Assembly (NCBI GenBank): GCA_965222155.1
Contig: CBDCTH010000001.1
Location: forward strand, 1 to 64,000
Origin: Gammaproteobacteria bacterium
GTDB lineage: Bacteria; Pseudomonadota; Gammaproteobacteria; Eutrophobiales; Eutrophobiaceae
Direction of reading: 5' to 3'
DNA length: 64,000 bases
Positions 10,232-21,512 of the stretch are shown here, piece after piece. Every line of letters begins with the position of its first letter. Position 1 is the first letter of the stretch. A model generated the notes under the pieces. The model was not told the origin of the DNA and searched no databases. It saw nothing but the letters and a program-made list of their open reading frames with translations. A program made the translations under genes and the position numbers.

Positions 10232-11392
10232 ATGTCTGAAAAAGCGGAACGTATTGCGCCCTATACGGCGCTGGTTGTGCAACCTGAAGTCACGGTTATA
10301 AAAAAACGCGAGGACATCAGGAAAAACCTGGATCGGGTCTGCAACCTGATCCACTTCGGCGTGGGATATTTCTGGGAACAGCCGGTGCGCCTGGTTGTGT
10401 TGCCTGAATATTTCATGCAGGGCGTCGGCACGCCGGGTAAGGGCGAAAGCCGCATCAAGGACCAGATGGACAAGGTGGTCACTATTCCCGGGCCGGAAAC
10501 GGAACAACTGGGTGAAATTGCCAGGGAGTATGGATTGTATATCGTCGCCGGTGGCGTCTGTGAAGAGTTGCCTGAGTTTCCGGATCGTTGGTTCAATACC
10601 AATTTTATCATCGGACCGGAAGGCGATATCGTGCTGAAATATCACAAGTGGCATATCCCCGCGTACATCGGCCTGGGCACCAGCCCCCATGACCTGTTTA
10701 CCGAGTACTGTGAAAAAATCGGCGGTGATATCAAAGACCTTTTCCCCGTCGTTGATACCCCCATCGGCAAGCTCGGCACCATGACCTGTCATGACGGTTG
10801 TACCCCCGAGGTTTCCCGCGCCCTGGGATACAACGGGGTGGAGATAATCTGTCATCCAGGCGCTATCCAGGAGGTCGAAGGCGTATCCGAACCCTGGGAT
10901 TTCTGGATGTTCACCCGGCGCGCCCGGGCCCACGATAATATGTGTTACCTGCTGGGTTCCAACTGGGGTAAGGTCAATTACGAGTATTACCCCAAGGCAT
11001 TTTGCCCGGGTAATTCGTTTGCCATTGATTATACCGGTATGGTCCTGCGTCACGTGCCTTACCCTGAAGAACAAGTGCTGGCGGTTTCCATTGACATCGA
11101 GGCATTGCGGCATCACCGGACAAAAACCATCCATAATTGCTGGGTGGACGTGCGTACTGAGGGATTTCGCCAGATATATGAGAAACCTATCTATCCGCCC
11201 AACCGGTTTCCATCCGGCAAGCCTCCTCGAAGCCTGTCCGAAAAAGTATCCATCTGCAAGGAGGTATTTGATGACTTGTACGGCCGCGGCCAGTTCACGC
11301 CACCGGCGGGGTATGCGCCCGGCGACATTTCCCAATTGCTGGAAGACAGGATCGCCTACGCCCAGAAAACAGGGCGCTTAAAGAAGAGTTAA
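10232..11392 (+). CDS. Carbon-nitrogen hydrolase (nitrilase superfamily)
   Basis: Catalytic triad contexts LPEY, KYHKW, TCHDG; RARAHDN. Confidence 0.85.
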   Translation: MSEKAERIAPYTALVVQPEVTVIKKREDIRKNLDRVCNLIHFGVGYFWEQPVRLVVLPEYFMQGVGTPGKGESRIKDQMDKVVTIPGPETEQLGEIAREYGLYIVAGGVCEELPEFPDRWFNTNFIIGPEGDIVLKYHKWHIPAYIGLGTSPHDLFTEYCEKIGGDIKDLFPVVDTPIGKLGTMTCHDGCTPEVSRALGYNGVEIICHPGAIQEVEGVSEPWDFWMFTRRARAHDNMCYLLGSNWGKVNYEYYPKAFCPGNSFAIDYTGMVLRHVPYPEEQVLAVSIDIEALRHHRTKTIHNCWVDVRTEGFRQIYEKPIYPPNRFPSGKPPRSLSEKVSICKEVFDDLYGRGQFTPPAGYAPGDISQLLEDRIAYAQKTGRLKKS

Positions 11393-11396
11393 TCCG

Positions 11397-11645
11397 ATGA
11401 GAGTACGCAGCAAACTGGCGGACGTCGAATTTCAATTCGGCGAGTTCGAATACAAGAAAGATCACCTGATCATCCACAGCGCGCCGGAACAGGCCATGCA
11501 GACCAGGGTGTACGTCAGCCCGGATGACGTAGTCAGCGCTCTGATTAAAGCGCTGTCCAATCCGAGGGTCTGGCTGTACCTTATCGGTTTCCCGTTTTTC
11601 CTGGTTCGCTACCGGCGCCGCCGGAAGGCCAAGTCTCAAGTCTAA
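11397..11645 (+). CDS. Hypothetical small membrane-anchored protein
   Basis: ATG 4 bp after the nitrilase stop; hydrophobic segment followed by a basic tail. Confidence 0.55.
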   Translation: MRVRSKLADVEFQFGEFEYKKDHLIIHSAPEQAMQTRVYVSPDDVVSALIKALSNPRVWLYLIGFPFFLVRYRRRRKAKSQV

Positions 11646-11760
11646 TCGGCGGTCTATATGCTAAACTCGTCGAACGAGGTGCATGACCCCGGGCATTGCC
11701 GTCCAGGTCGACCACGGTTTAAAATTGTGATCGGTTTAATCAGTATACAAGGGGGAAGTT

Positions 11761-12606
11761 ATGCCGGATTCAGCCTATAGAGATCTTACCGAAGAAGAAA
11801 TCAGCTTCTACCAGAAAGAAGGGGCAGTGCTTGTGCCTCAGTGTGTCGACTCCAAATGGATCGAACGCATGACCAAAGCCATTGATCGGCAACTTGCCCG
11901 GCCCAGCAAATGGGTGCATGACACCAATCCGGGTTCGGGGCAGGCGCGGTTTCTGCACGACCGCTACCTGTGGCCGACGGATACGGACTTCAGGGAGTAC
12001 GCGTTCCAGTCCGGTGTGGCTGAACTCGCCGCCCAGGCCATGCAGTCAAGTATGGCGCGTATCTATTTTGACCACGTGTTCGTCAAGGAACCGAATACGG
12101 AGGAAGAGTTTTTCTGGCACCAGGATTTACCCTATTGGCCGTTCAAGGGCACCCAAATCTGCTCGGTCTGGTTGTCTTTGACAGACGCTGATCTTGACTC
12201 AAGCGGTCTGGAATTCGTGCGTGGTTCAAACGCCTGGAACAAATGGTTCAAACCCGTGTTGCCCGACGGTGGAGAAGATACCAACCAGGCCGAGTGGATC
12301 GGGTCGAGTTCCGAGGAGGAAATACCGGATTTCAACGCCCTGAGGGACAATTACGAATTCCTGTCATTCGAGACCAAAGCGGGGGACGCCGTAATATTCA
12401 ATACGTCCATCATCCATACCTCCCATGGCAACTTCTCACCCAGCCGGCGCCGTCTGGCCCTGTCCACCCGCTGGCTTGGGGACGATGCCTGCTGGGACCC
12501 GCGCCCGGGAACGGACCCGATTGTGACCCAGGAGCATGTTTCCCTGGAACCCGGCGCCCTTGCCAGAGATGACAAGGCATTTCCGCTGGTCTGGCAGGCG
12601 CATTGA
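11761..12606 (+). CDS. Phytanoyl-CoA dioxygenase family Fe(II)/2OG oxygenase
   Basis: WHQDLPYWP (HxD), GDAVIF...H.S.GN....RR.ALS.RW. Confidence 0.88.
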   Translation: MPDSAYRDLTEEEISFYQKEGAVLVPQCVDSKWIERMTKAIDRQLARPSKWVHDTNPGSGQARFLHDRYLWPTDTDFREYAFQSGVAELAAQAMQSSMARIYFDHVFVKEPNTEEEFFWHQDLPYWPFKGTQICSVWLSLTDADLDSSGLEFVRGSNAWNKWFKPVLPDGGEDTNQAEWIGSSSEEEIPDFNALRDNYEFLSFETKAGDAVIFNTSIIHTSHGNFSPSRRRLALSTRWLGDDACWDPRPGTDPIVTQEHVSLEPGALARDDKAFPLVWQAH

Positions 12607-12608
12607 CC

Positions 12609-12637
12609 CGTCATTCCTGCGTAAGCAGGAATCCAGT
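12609..12637. repeat. REP-like palindrome
   Basis: CGTCATTCCTGCGTAAGCAGGAATCCAGT; relatives at 8438, 10143, 45288 and 47110-47204. Confidence 0.65.
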
Positions 12638-12768
12638 TAAATCAAGAGTCGCCCTGTGGGCGACACCTTATTAAGGAACTTCTGAGATTAAGTCTCAGAG
12701 TTTCCTAAAATGTTTCCCTGTAAATAATCTACAAGCTCATAGAAGCGCGCAGGGGTTATATAACGGTT

Positions 12769-13056
12769 TTACGCAACGCCTGAAATCTGATTAAGTGTCT
12801 TACCCATTTTTTTATAGGCTTCTTCCAGATCATAATCACCCTGTAATCCCAACCAGAATTTTTCACTACTATCAAAATAGCGAGCAAGACGTAAAGCCGT
12901 GTCCGCGGTAATCGCCCGCTTGCCAAGAACAATTTCATTTATTCGTCTCGGTGGAACAGAAATATCTCTGGCCAGTTTATTCTGGCTGATGCCCATCGGT
13001 TCCAAAAATTCATGGAGGAGAATATCGCTAGGATGGATGTTTTTTAGTTTCGCCAT
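12769..13056 (-). CDS. higA: HigA family antitoxin
   Basis: IHP.DIL..EFL.P.GISQ..LA, RINEIV.GKRAITADTALRL, FWLGLQ. Confidence 0.92.
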   Translation of the reverse strand: MAKLKNIHPSDILLHEFLEPMGISQNKLARDISVPPRRINEIVLGKRAITADTALRLARYFDSSEKFWLGLQGDYDLEEAYKKMGKTLNQISGVA

Positions 13057-13065
13057 TTGTTTTAC

Positions 13066-13140
13066 CTAATGATAATCAACGATTTCAACTTGATGTGCAT
13101 TGCCTTGCCGCCAAATAAAACAAATTCGGTACTGATCATT
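13066..13140 (-). pseudogene. higB: 3' remnant of a HigB (RelE/ParE-type) toxin
   Basis: Translates NDQYRICFIWRQGNAHQVEIVDYH*, the typical HigB C-terminus; the 5' part is replaced by the RloB-like gene. Confidence 0.85.
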
Positions 13141-13152
13141 TGGTATGGCAGG

Positions 13153-13824
13153 CTAATTGACTATTTTAATATTTTGCAAATAGTCAACAAGCTTATGGAC
13201 ATGGGTTGAGGGATTATCAGTCCCGGTTTGATCTGCATCTTGTAGTACCTTGACAGCATTGGTCTTGGCCGTTTCAAGTTTGTCATACAGCTTGGAAAAT
13301 AGACCGGAAGCGGATTTATCGTAGTCCGGGAAGTGTTTCTTTAATTTATTAATCACATGATCTGCTGCGCTTAACCTTCCCGTTGCCGAGAAAGGTTCGG
13401 TAGTGTAAAGAAAATGCAGTAATAACCAGTATTCGAAACATGGAACTGAGTTTATTGCGAAAAAAGTGTTTTCAGGTTTAAAGCGTTTAATTTCATCAAG
13501 AGCTTGTTGGTAGGTAAGGTGAGTATCTTTATCAAAGACAAAATAAACGTGATCGAAAGCATCACCTGTACTACGCTCTTCTTTATATAGTTTCTTGCCG
13601 TATTTAACTACACTTTCCGGGCTTGAATCACTGGTACCGTCTATCTCGATATTTGCGCTGTTTATCCTGTAATACTTCTTCAGGTCGTTGAAATATTCAG
13701 GTTCTGTTTTTTTTCCTTCAGTGACAATTAGCACTTTATCGTAAGGCGCTCGTGTGTGTTCTCTGCGCTTAAGTTCCCGTGATCCTCTTGGTTTACGGTT
13801 TTGAAAACGGTTTTCCTTTCCCAT
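13153..13824 (-). CDS. RloB-like protein
   Basis: LIVTEGKKTEPEYF, VFDKD, SVPCFEYWLLLHF, NPSTHVHKLV. Confidence 0.88.
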   Translation of the reverse strand: MGKENRFQNRKPRGSRELKRREHTRAPYDKVLIVTEGKKTEPEYFNDLKKYYRINSANIEIDGTSDSSPESVVKYGKKLYKEERSTGDAFDHVYFVFDKDTHLTYQQALDEIKRFKPENTFFAINSVPCFEYWLLLHFLYTTEPFSATGRLSAADHVINKLKKHFPDYDKSASGLFSKLYDKLETAKTNAVKVLQDADQTGTDNPSTHVHKLVDYLQNIKIVN

Positions 13825-13834
13825 GAAAAATTGC

Positions 13835-15106
13835 CTAAGGAAGATCAGCAGTGTTCAGATAGGGCAATGCTCCATATCTTCCTGATAGATAGCCTGCTTC
13901 GAGATTTTCCCGACCTTTACGCGGGCTGAAATCAGTTAAAGGATAAAGTATTGTTGCCTGTTCTCTGTCTTTTTCACAGAACCAGATTTGATCGCGCCTG
14001 AAAATTTCCTGACTCAGGATCGATGTTTCATGGGAGGTAAAGATCAATTGTGCGTTATTGGGATTGGTTTTTTCATCATGGAATAAATCCACCAGAAACC
14101 TTACCATTTTTGGATGAAAATTTGAGTGCAATTCATCTGTGAAAAGAATATAACCGTTTTCCAGGGTATCAATAATGGGGCCTGCCAGAGCGAAGAAATT
14201 CTGTGTTCCTTCTGACTCAACGTCAAAGTCAAATGATACATTTATGCCTTGATTTGTTTGGTGTATGGTTTGAATATTAAATATATCTGCATCTTTCGCA
14301 TTTTGAAGGAAAATGGTCTTAAATTCTTCCGGCATATCATCCGGCAGGTGTTTTGCTGATATTCTTTCCGACTCAACTGAGATATCATCAATACCAAGGT
14401 CGGCTACTTTAAGATACTTGACTACTTTATTACGTTCATCACTATCCTTGCATAGAGATGCAGTGAAGTCAGGATAACCCTCTCCAACGGATAAAACCCT
14501 TAAGAGATTTTTAAACCAGTCGAATACAGGTTGTAACTGTTCGCTATTAAGGTGTACTGCCGTAGACAGGAACAGTGCATTGGAGCGAGTGGCATCCCGC
14601 CAGAGTTGTTTCTGGCCGGTGAATGAGTTACCCATTTCCCATTCGTATGTGTTGATTTCCTGGTTCCATAACCGTGCAAACCAGTGTTGAGGTCTTCCTT
14701 TAGGGAACGCCACTAACCATTCTTCCATTACTTTTACCGAAGTGACGACGAATCCATATTGATACCGAATTCCATCAGCAATAAAAACGATTTCAAACTC
14801 TGAAGGCGATTCAGTAGACATCTCATCCAGAAGGAAAGGAGTTACAGGCAGTTTATCACCCCGCTGCCATTCGGTAGCGGATCTCAGAATTATGCGTCTC
14901 ATAGCTACCACGGCCGCAAGAAAATTGGACTTTCCACTCGCATTGGGACCATAGATAACCGCTGTTTTGAGTAATCTGGCAGGAGCGGATAAATTGGACT
15001 TGAATGTGTTGGAATTAACCAATTCTCCACCTTTTGCCATGGTCAGGCTCAAGGTCTGCTCATCCTTGAAGGAAAGATAATTTTTAGTGCTGAACTGAAT
15101 AAGCAT
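13835..15106 (-). CDS. AAA_21-type ATPase (RloA/abortive-infection-associated)
   Basis: IYGPNASGKSN, ESEGT, DELHSNFHP, QLIFTSH, YLSGRYGALP. Confidence 0.88.
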   Translation of the reverse strand: MLIQFSTKNYLSFKDEQTLSLTMAKGGELVNSNTFKSNLSAPARLLKTAVIYGPNASGKSNFLAAVVAMRRIILRSATEWQRGDKLPVTPFLLDEMSTESPSEFEIVFIADGIRYQYGFVVTSVKVMEEWLVAFPKGRPQHWFARLWNQEINTYEWEMGNSFTGQKQLWRDATRSNALFLSTAVHLNSEQLQPVFDWFKNLLRVLSVGEGYPDFTASLCKDSDERNKVVKYLKVADLGIDDISVESERISAKHLPDDMPEEFKTIFLQNAKDADIFNIQTIHQTNQGINVSFDFDVESEGTQNFFALAGPIIDTLENGYILFTDELHSNFHPKMVRFLVDLFHDEKTNPNNAQLIFTSHETSILSQEIFRRDQIWFCEKDREQATILYPLTDFSPRKGRENLEAGYLSGRYGALPYLNTADLP

Positions 15107-15396
15107 GATATAAATCAAATTATAATCTTAATTTTGACAAAAATAACCCAGGATAAGACTGTAATCAATATCTTCTTCTAAAATAAGTTCAATTTTTGGA
15201 ATCAGACAAGGATACTTGGGGTCAGAATGCGCTGCTGGATGAGGCCAGACGATGAGATTATGTTGATTACCCATCTCTGGCGAGGACATCAGCACACAAC
15301 AGATGATGGATATTTGTAATATACCGTTTGATATATATCAGCAATCGAACTATACTGTTACATCCCTGAACCACTTATTTTTATTTGAGGTGTAAC

Positions 15397-15645
15397 ATGG
15401 CGGAAAAAGCATTTGTCAGCGTTGCCAAACTGTTCATGAATGGTCGCAGTCAGGCTGTGAGGTTGCCGGCTGAATGCAGATTCGATGCAGATGAAGTCAC
15501 GATCCAGAAACTTGGCGATACTGTGATCATCAGCCCGAAGACAAATCGCTGGGATGAGTTTTTTGCAAGAGAGGTGCTTCCAGTGGACGAACGTATTCCG
15601 GATATTGGGGAGTTGGAATATGAGAAACGGGAAAAATTTAACTGA
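15397..15645 (+). CDS. vapB: VapB antitoxin (AbrB/MazE fold)
   Basis: AKLFMNGRSQAVRLP; overlaps the vapC start. Confidence 0.92.
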   Translation: MAEKAFVSVAKLFMNGRSQAVRLPAECRFDADEVTIQKLGDTVIISPKTNRWDEFFAREVLPVDERIPDIGELEYEKREKFN

Positions 15646-16037
15646 TGTACATGCTTGATACTGATATCTGTGTGTATATCATCAATGAGAATCCCGTCGG
15701 GTTAAAAACAAAGTTCAATCAGCATTATCAAAAACTGACTATTTCATCTATTACCCTTGCAGAGTTGATGTTTGGCGTTGAAAAATCAAGAAATCGTACT
15801 GCAAACCTGAAAAACGTACTTGACTTCAGCCGGCATGTGTCAGTGCTGTTTTTCGATGATAAGGCAGCAATGGAGTATGGGAAATTAAGAGCCGAACTGC
15901 AACGAACCGGGAAACCGATTGGGCCAAATGACACGCTGATCGCGGCCCATGCTCGCAGTATCGGAGCAACATTCGTAACAAATAATATCCAGGAGTTTAA
16001 CCGGGTAGAGAGTTTGCAAGTAGAGAGCTGGATCTGA
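15645..16037 (+). CDS. vapC: VapC PIN-domain toxin
   Basis: YMLDTD, ELMFG, IGPNDTLIAAHA, VTNN..EF.RV. Confidence 0.93.
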   Translation: MYMLDTDICVYIINENPVGLKTKFNQHYQKLTISSITLAELMFGVEKSRNRTANLKNVLDFSRHVSVLFFDDKAAMEYGKLRAELQRTGKPIGPNDTLIAAHARSIGATFVTNNIQEFNRVESLQVESWI

Positions 16038-16055
16038 AAATTTGCGGTCTGAATA

Positions 16056-16143
16056 CACGGGGTCAGGTCGCACAATGCACAAACACTTCAGTGTGGTTAT
16101 TGTGGCCGCACATTCACGTGTGCATTGTGCGACCTGACCCCGT
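16056..16143. repeat. GGGGTCAG-bounded palindromic element
   Basis: ACGGGGTCAGGTCGCACAATGCAC...GTGCATTGTGCGACCTGACCCCGT perfect inverted repeat. Confidence 0.75.
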
Positions 16144-16854
16144 ATGTGCATATATAGAATGAGAAATGATATTTAGAGTCTTCTCTTAAAATCTTCGCAA
16201 TAGTCAAGTTGACGCACGCTCACATGATGACTTAGACTCATTCGTATGGAACAGTTTTTCACGGATTTGGGGCAGCAAATCATTGCCACTTTCATTGCCC
16301 ATCGGGTCATTTCTATCATCACCTTTATTATTGGGAGTGGTGTCATATTTGGAATACTCAAGAAATGGTGGGAACCAGTAGCAGTTCCAGTGTTCTATGC
16401 GATTGTTGGTGGGGGAGTTATCTTTATTTGTGTGTGGCTAATTAGTCGTCCCTGAATAACCCTTAAAAGCCACTCTAAGCTGTTGATTATATTTATATAA
16501 GTTACGTTTTTTTCTGGACTGATAGTGCCGGTTTTGGTATCATGGACCTTCATTTTCTTGCAATATCGGAGATAAAAATGACGCCCAGACAACCTGACGC
16601 CGCTACCGGCGCCTCAACCGACCTGTTCCGCGAACGCCTGGACACTATGCTCAACCAACGCCATGCCTTATATCGCCTGGCCGACCGGGTGGACTGGTCG
16701 GTGTTTGATAAGGCATTCGGTGCGCGGTACTGCCCGGATAACGGCTGTCCGGGGAAACCGACCCGGTTGCTGGTGGGGTTGCACTATCTGACGCATTGTT
16801 ATGGGTTATCCGATGAGGCGGTGGTGTCGGGCTGGGTGGAGAATCCGTACTGGC

Positions 16855-18713
16855 GTGTGCCACGAACATCAGCGGGGACGCTGATGGAGCTGTGTTGAAG
16901 ATGGGAGTGTGGCCTCCCGGGGTCGGCCTGCAGGGGCAGGCTCCAAACCACCGCCTGCTGCTGCGTGTAAGAGACGTGGTGGTGAGCGATGAGGAAAAGG
17001 CGGCAATAAAGCCGTCAGGTGAGTGATGAGAAGATGCGCGCGAGCGAACCGCTGATGACGCATCGAAATGGGGTCAAGACGCGGTCAAAACGGGTGCCGG
17101 TCAGTAGCACCCGGATAAGTGTGGACGGTGCCTGCGTACGCTCCGCGCGCCACCCGGTGATTAGGCGGCATGCTCTCATCACAGGCGTCAACACGGCACG
17201 TGGGCACCTGGCATGGGGTGGTAAGGGAAAGCCACAAGTGGCTCACACCACGAGGGAGAATACCGATACCCATGACAGGGTCGGAGCAACCCGTAGTAGT
17301 GCAGAAGGGGCGGTAATGGCGCTGGAGCGAAGGGGTTGCGTTATCCAGTCTGAGCCGTCACATCAACCGGGCCGAGCGGGAGGAGTGTGAGGGGTTCAGA
17401 CAAACCGTTACCGGTCACCAGGCGCAGGGTCTGGGAGGCCTATACGTGGGTGAAAGGGAAGGGAAAAGCGGCGGGCGTCGAGGGCCAGAGTCTCGCTGAC
17501 GTTGCTCAGGACCTTGAGACTAACCTGTACAAGTGGTGGAATCGGCGGGCGTCGGGCAGTTACTTCCCGCCACCGGTACGGCGTGTAGCGATTCCCAAGG
17601 CCGCGGGCGGGGGCCGACCTCTGGGTAGTCCGACGGTCTCGGACCGCATTGCACAGAGGGTGGTCAAGCAGTATCTGGAGCCGGAGTGGGAGGTACTGTT
17701 CGACTCTGATTCCTACGGCTTCGGACCGGGCAAATCGGCCCATCAAGCGGTGGAGCAGGCGCGTAGGCGCGGCTGGGAATAGGACGGGGTCGTAGACCGC
17801 GACATGAAAGGCTTTTATGACACGATTGACCAGGAGCTGCTGAGGCGTGCGGTTCGCCGGCACACCCAGGAGAACGGGGTGCTGAGCTACATCGAACGAT
17901 GGCTGAACGCGCCGGTGGAAGTACCCGAGGGGTCAAGTCAGGAAAGACTGACCGGCACGCTGCAAGGCGGGGTGGTCAGTCCGCTGCGGGCGAATGTGTG
18001 TCTGCATTATGCGTGTGACCAATGGCTGCGACGGACTTACCCGAACGTCCCGGTCGAGCGCTATGCTGATGACGCGCTTTGCCACTGCCGCATGCGGTGG
18101 CAGGCGGAGAAGCTGAAGTCGGCGCTGGAGGAGCGATGTGCCACCTGCCAGTTGACGCTACACCCGGAGAAGACCCAGGGGGTCTACTGCCAGGACAGCA
18201 ATCGACGGGGGTCTTAGTCCCACCTCCGGTTCACCTTTCTTGGCTGTTGCTTCCGACCGCGCAGGGCAAAGAACCGTTGGGGGAAGATCTTACCAACGTC
18301 CTGCCGGCGGTAAGCCCGCAAGCACTCAAACGGATGCGGGCCCGAATACGGAGGTGGCGCGTGCCGCAGCATGCGCCATGACCGCTGGAAGATAGTGCGC
18401 GTAGTCTCAATCCCGTTCTACGGGGCTGGGATCAGTACGACGGGCGATGCTACCCCACAGAGATGTGGACACTGTTCAAGTACGTTGACGAGCGACTCGG
18501 GGCCTGGCTCCGAAGGAAGTATAAGTCGCGCAAAGAGCACCGCGGGCGTAGCCGGCGGAGAGTGAACAACCGGGCCCGGCGAAACCCGTATCTTTTTGTC
18601 CATTGGGAACGACTTGGTCATGCAACGGTTGGATAACAAGAGCCGGATGAATCGAGAGATTCACGTCCGGTTCTGTGAGGGGCTGGGGGTGAAACTCCCC
18701 CGGTCTACTCGAC
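16855..18713 (+). mobile_element. Group II intron (degenerate)
   Basis: 5' GTGTGCC; domain V GAGCCGGATGAATCGAGAGATTCACGTCCGGTTC; domain VI ending CTACTCGAC; removing it restores ENPYW-Q in the transposase. Confidence 0.92.
17387..18630 (+). pseudogene. ltrA: Group II intron reverse transcriptase/maturase, inactivated
   Basis: VWEAY, GSYFPPPVRRV.IPK, SYGF.PGKSA, QGGVVSPL, RYADD; stops at 17780 and 18215 plus frameshifts. Confidence 0.9.
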
Positions 18714-19977
18714 AGTCTGTCTGCGGGGCGGTGTACTGTCAGCATGAGGCGCCGGTCGACCCGAGCAGCCTGACGCGCTGTCGCCAACGCATTGGGGCGG
18801 CGGGGTGTGCGCGGATTTTACAGGTGACGGTGGCGCTGGGGGTGCAGAGCAAGGCAGTGAAGACGACGGACTTCAAACGGGTGACGGTGGACACCACGGT
18901 ACAGGAGATAAGCGGTGAGTTATCCGACCGACAGCAAGTTGCTGAATCGGTCCCGGGTGCGGTGGGTACGGTTATGTCACAAACAGGGGGTGGTGTTACG
19001 CCAGAGCACTGCCCGCAAGGGACCGCGGGCGTTACAACAGGCCAACCGCTACGGTCATGCCAAACAGTATCGGCGGCTGCGGCGCGAGGTGAAGCGGTTA
19101 CGCACCTCCCCCTGCTCAACGCCATACAGAGCCTGCCCCTGCGGTTGTAAGCAGGGGGGCAGGCTCTGGGCCGGGTAGTGCGTGACAGTGAGCGTAACAC
19201 CGCGGGCAATCCGGCCCGACAGGCGCTGTTTGCGGACGAGTTGGCCTTAGCCAAGCGACTGTTGGCGCAGCAGAAGCAGGATAAACACAAGCTGTACAGC
19301 CTGCATGCCCCGGCGGTGGAATGTATCAGTAAGGGCAAGGTCAGGACAGACGATTTGCAAAGCCGCCCGCGTTATGAATTCGGGGTGAAGGCGAGCATTG
19401 CCACCACGAACAAGAGTAACTTCGTGGTGGGGGGTATGGCTTTGCCGGGCAGTCCGTATGACGGGCACACCTTGAAGGAAGCCCTGGCACAGGTACGGCA
19501 CTTGACCGGGACGAGTAGTGACGAGGCGTTTGTAGACCGGGGTTATCGGGGGCATGATGAAACCGAGTCCACGGTGTACATCTCCGGGCAGAAGCGCGGT
19601 ATTAAGACACAGCGGTTAAAACGGTCGCTTAGACGCCGCCAGGCAATTGAACCGGTGATCGGTCATTTGAAATCCGATGAGCTGTTGGGGCGCAATCACC
19701 TGAAAGGGACAGACGGCGACCAATTGAATGTGCTGTTGAGTTGTGCCGGCCACACCCTGCGCCTGGTCCTGAGGCGACTCAGGTTTTTTTGTCTCAAAAA
19801 AAGGACACTTATGGTGGCTTGGCTACGCGAGTTGGCTGCTGCCCCTACCGGTCCCCTTAATGCCAACCTGAAACAGGGTTTTTCAGGGTCGACTAATTAT
19901 TGGGACACTAATGAGAGGTTCCCTTAATTGTACCAATTCAGAATTTTATGTTGGATACGACCACAGGTGCCCTTGCG

Positions 19978-20199
19978 CTACTGGGTTTCGGTGTCCGAGG
20001 TTCCAGACTGGCTTTCTAATCGCTGTTTCTCTTGCTGTTCACGGTTCCTGATAACAACGGTTCCCCGATCATGCTTCACTTCTACCTTATCAGGGTAAAC
20101 TTCCACATCACAGCGTCCAGAGGTACCGGATTCACCATCGAACATTCCTCCAATAATTCCGCCTGCAAGCTCACCCGCTTTCTTCAACCACGTCATCAT
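19978..20199 (-). CDS. Hypothetical protein
   Basis: 73-aa ORF with AGGAG upstream; no recognisable motif. Confidence 0.4.
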   Translation of the reverse strand: MMTWLKKAGELAGGIIGGMFDGESGTSGRCDVEVYPDKVEVKHDRGTVVIRNREQQEKQRLESQSGTSDTETQ

Positions 20200-20318
20200 C
20201 TTCTCCTGGTTCAGTTAATTGGAATACAAAGAGAATTATATCATTAAATTGTACAAAATTCCTTGACATTCTCAGGGTGCTCTTAAAGTCATACTCAGGT
20301 TGTTGAATTAGCTAATTA

Positions 20319-20466
20319 GCCGGCCCTGAAAAACCCTGTTTCAGGTTGCTATACTTGGCGCTGACAACGCGACCAAGCAAGCTGGCTTGCGGTTCAACAG
20401 CGCGTCGGCACCTGACAGACGCCCTAAGACGACCCATTTGCGCAGTCAGGGTTTTTCAGGGTCGAC
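20319..20466. mobile_element. 148-bp MITE with the IS5 terminal repeats
   Basis: GCCGGCCCTGAAAAACCCTG...CAGGGTTTTTCAGGGTCGAC, matching the ends of the neighbouring IS5. Confidence 0.75.
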
Positions 20467-21512
20467 TAGCTATCCCCCCGTCCGTCACGGCGGTGTCATC
20501 GTCAACGTCTTCCTCACCCAAATCCAAACACTGCTGCCCCGCTTTACGCGTGCGCTGCACCACCACCGTGAACGCCTTGTCATACCCCGTGATGACATGC
20601 ACGCCCCGACACGTGGCCTGACCCTCTACCGCCTCCCCGTCCCGCACCAACGGCTGCCAGACCGACTCCGGACGCTCCAGTATCCACGCCTTCAACTCAG
20701 CACTACGCTTCGCCCGTAGCACATACCCTATCCCCTGTTCCTCACAATAGCGCATGATAGCCGCCTGGACACTCGCCGCATCCGCCCGTAACTACTTCAC
20801 TACCACCCCATCAGGCAGCCCCGCCTCACAGGACGTGATAAAACCCATATTATCCGTCGCCGGCGCCACGTTTCCGTCCCGAAAGTCACAGCCCACCGCC
20901 TGACCCGTCTCCGCAATATGCCCCAACATCGGCATATAACCCTGACGCTTCAAGTACGTCCATTGCGCCGCCCGCTTCTCAGCAAACACCGGCGTCGCAT
21001 CAATGTCCAAAGTCACCCGACGACACCCGCCCAAGGTCAACTCCAACACCCGCCGGTTCACCTTAACTAACGCCTTGATACCGACCTCGTCCTTACCCAG
21101 GCGCCGCAACCAGTCCCCCAGCATGTCCGCACTCGGCAGCCGCCGCAACCCCAGCAACTTCCTCAATGCCTTATCCTGACGTATGTGACGCACATCCTCC
21201 AGACAACGCGCCCCGTCGTGCAACATCAGCATCCATAAGGATACTACGTCCGAGGGCCGGTAACCCCGATTGCTGCCCGGGGCCGGAAAGTGTGCCGCTA
21301 CCCGTGACGAAAACCCTATCTGCCGCAGTAACTCGGCAACACACACTAAGCCGCCGCGCCCGGTCAATCAATCGTTGGTAGTTGCTATGTGATACGGTAT
21401 GATTTGCATAAGCCTTGCCTGTTGCACCCATCGGGTGAATGTCATAAATTGTACAAGTCATTATACAGACAAGGCTTTTTTGATTCCTGCACTTTCTAAT
21501 GCGGGATTAGGG
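20467..21512 (-). mobile_element. IS1380-family transposase fragment (pseudogene)
   Basis: LTGRGGL, TLDIDAT, WTY....GY.P.LG, FRDGN.AP, RADAA; internal stops; 3' end lost at the MITE. Confidence 0.8.

Larger units (their letters stand above)
16445..19893 (+). mobile_element. Degenerate IS5-family element interrupted by a group II intron
   Basis: TIRs GTCGTCCCTGAATAACCC / GGGTTTTTCAGGGTCGAC, TAATTA on both flanks; transposase fragments ENPYW|Q..CG...QHE, VDTTVQE, KLYSLHAP.VECISKGK, YEFGVK, DRGYRG, IEPVIGHLK with frameshifts. Confidence 0.9.

Noticed and set aside
10211-11335. 374-aa minus-strand ORF (and similar long antisense ORFs such as 1770-2594, 33498-34166, 44259-45047)
   Set aside because: Shadow ORFs opposite well-supported genes.
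17387-18630. RT as part of a DGR, retron or defence RT system
   Set aside because: It lies inside canonical group II intron boundaries and is broken; no template/variable repeat pair with adenine-specific differences was seen, including among the four nuclease-like copies.
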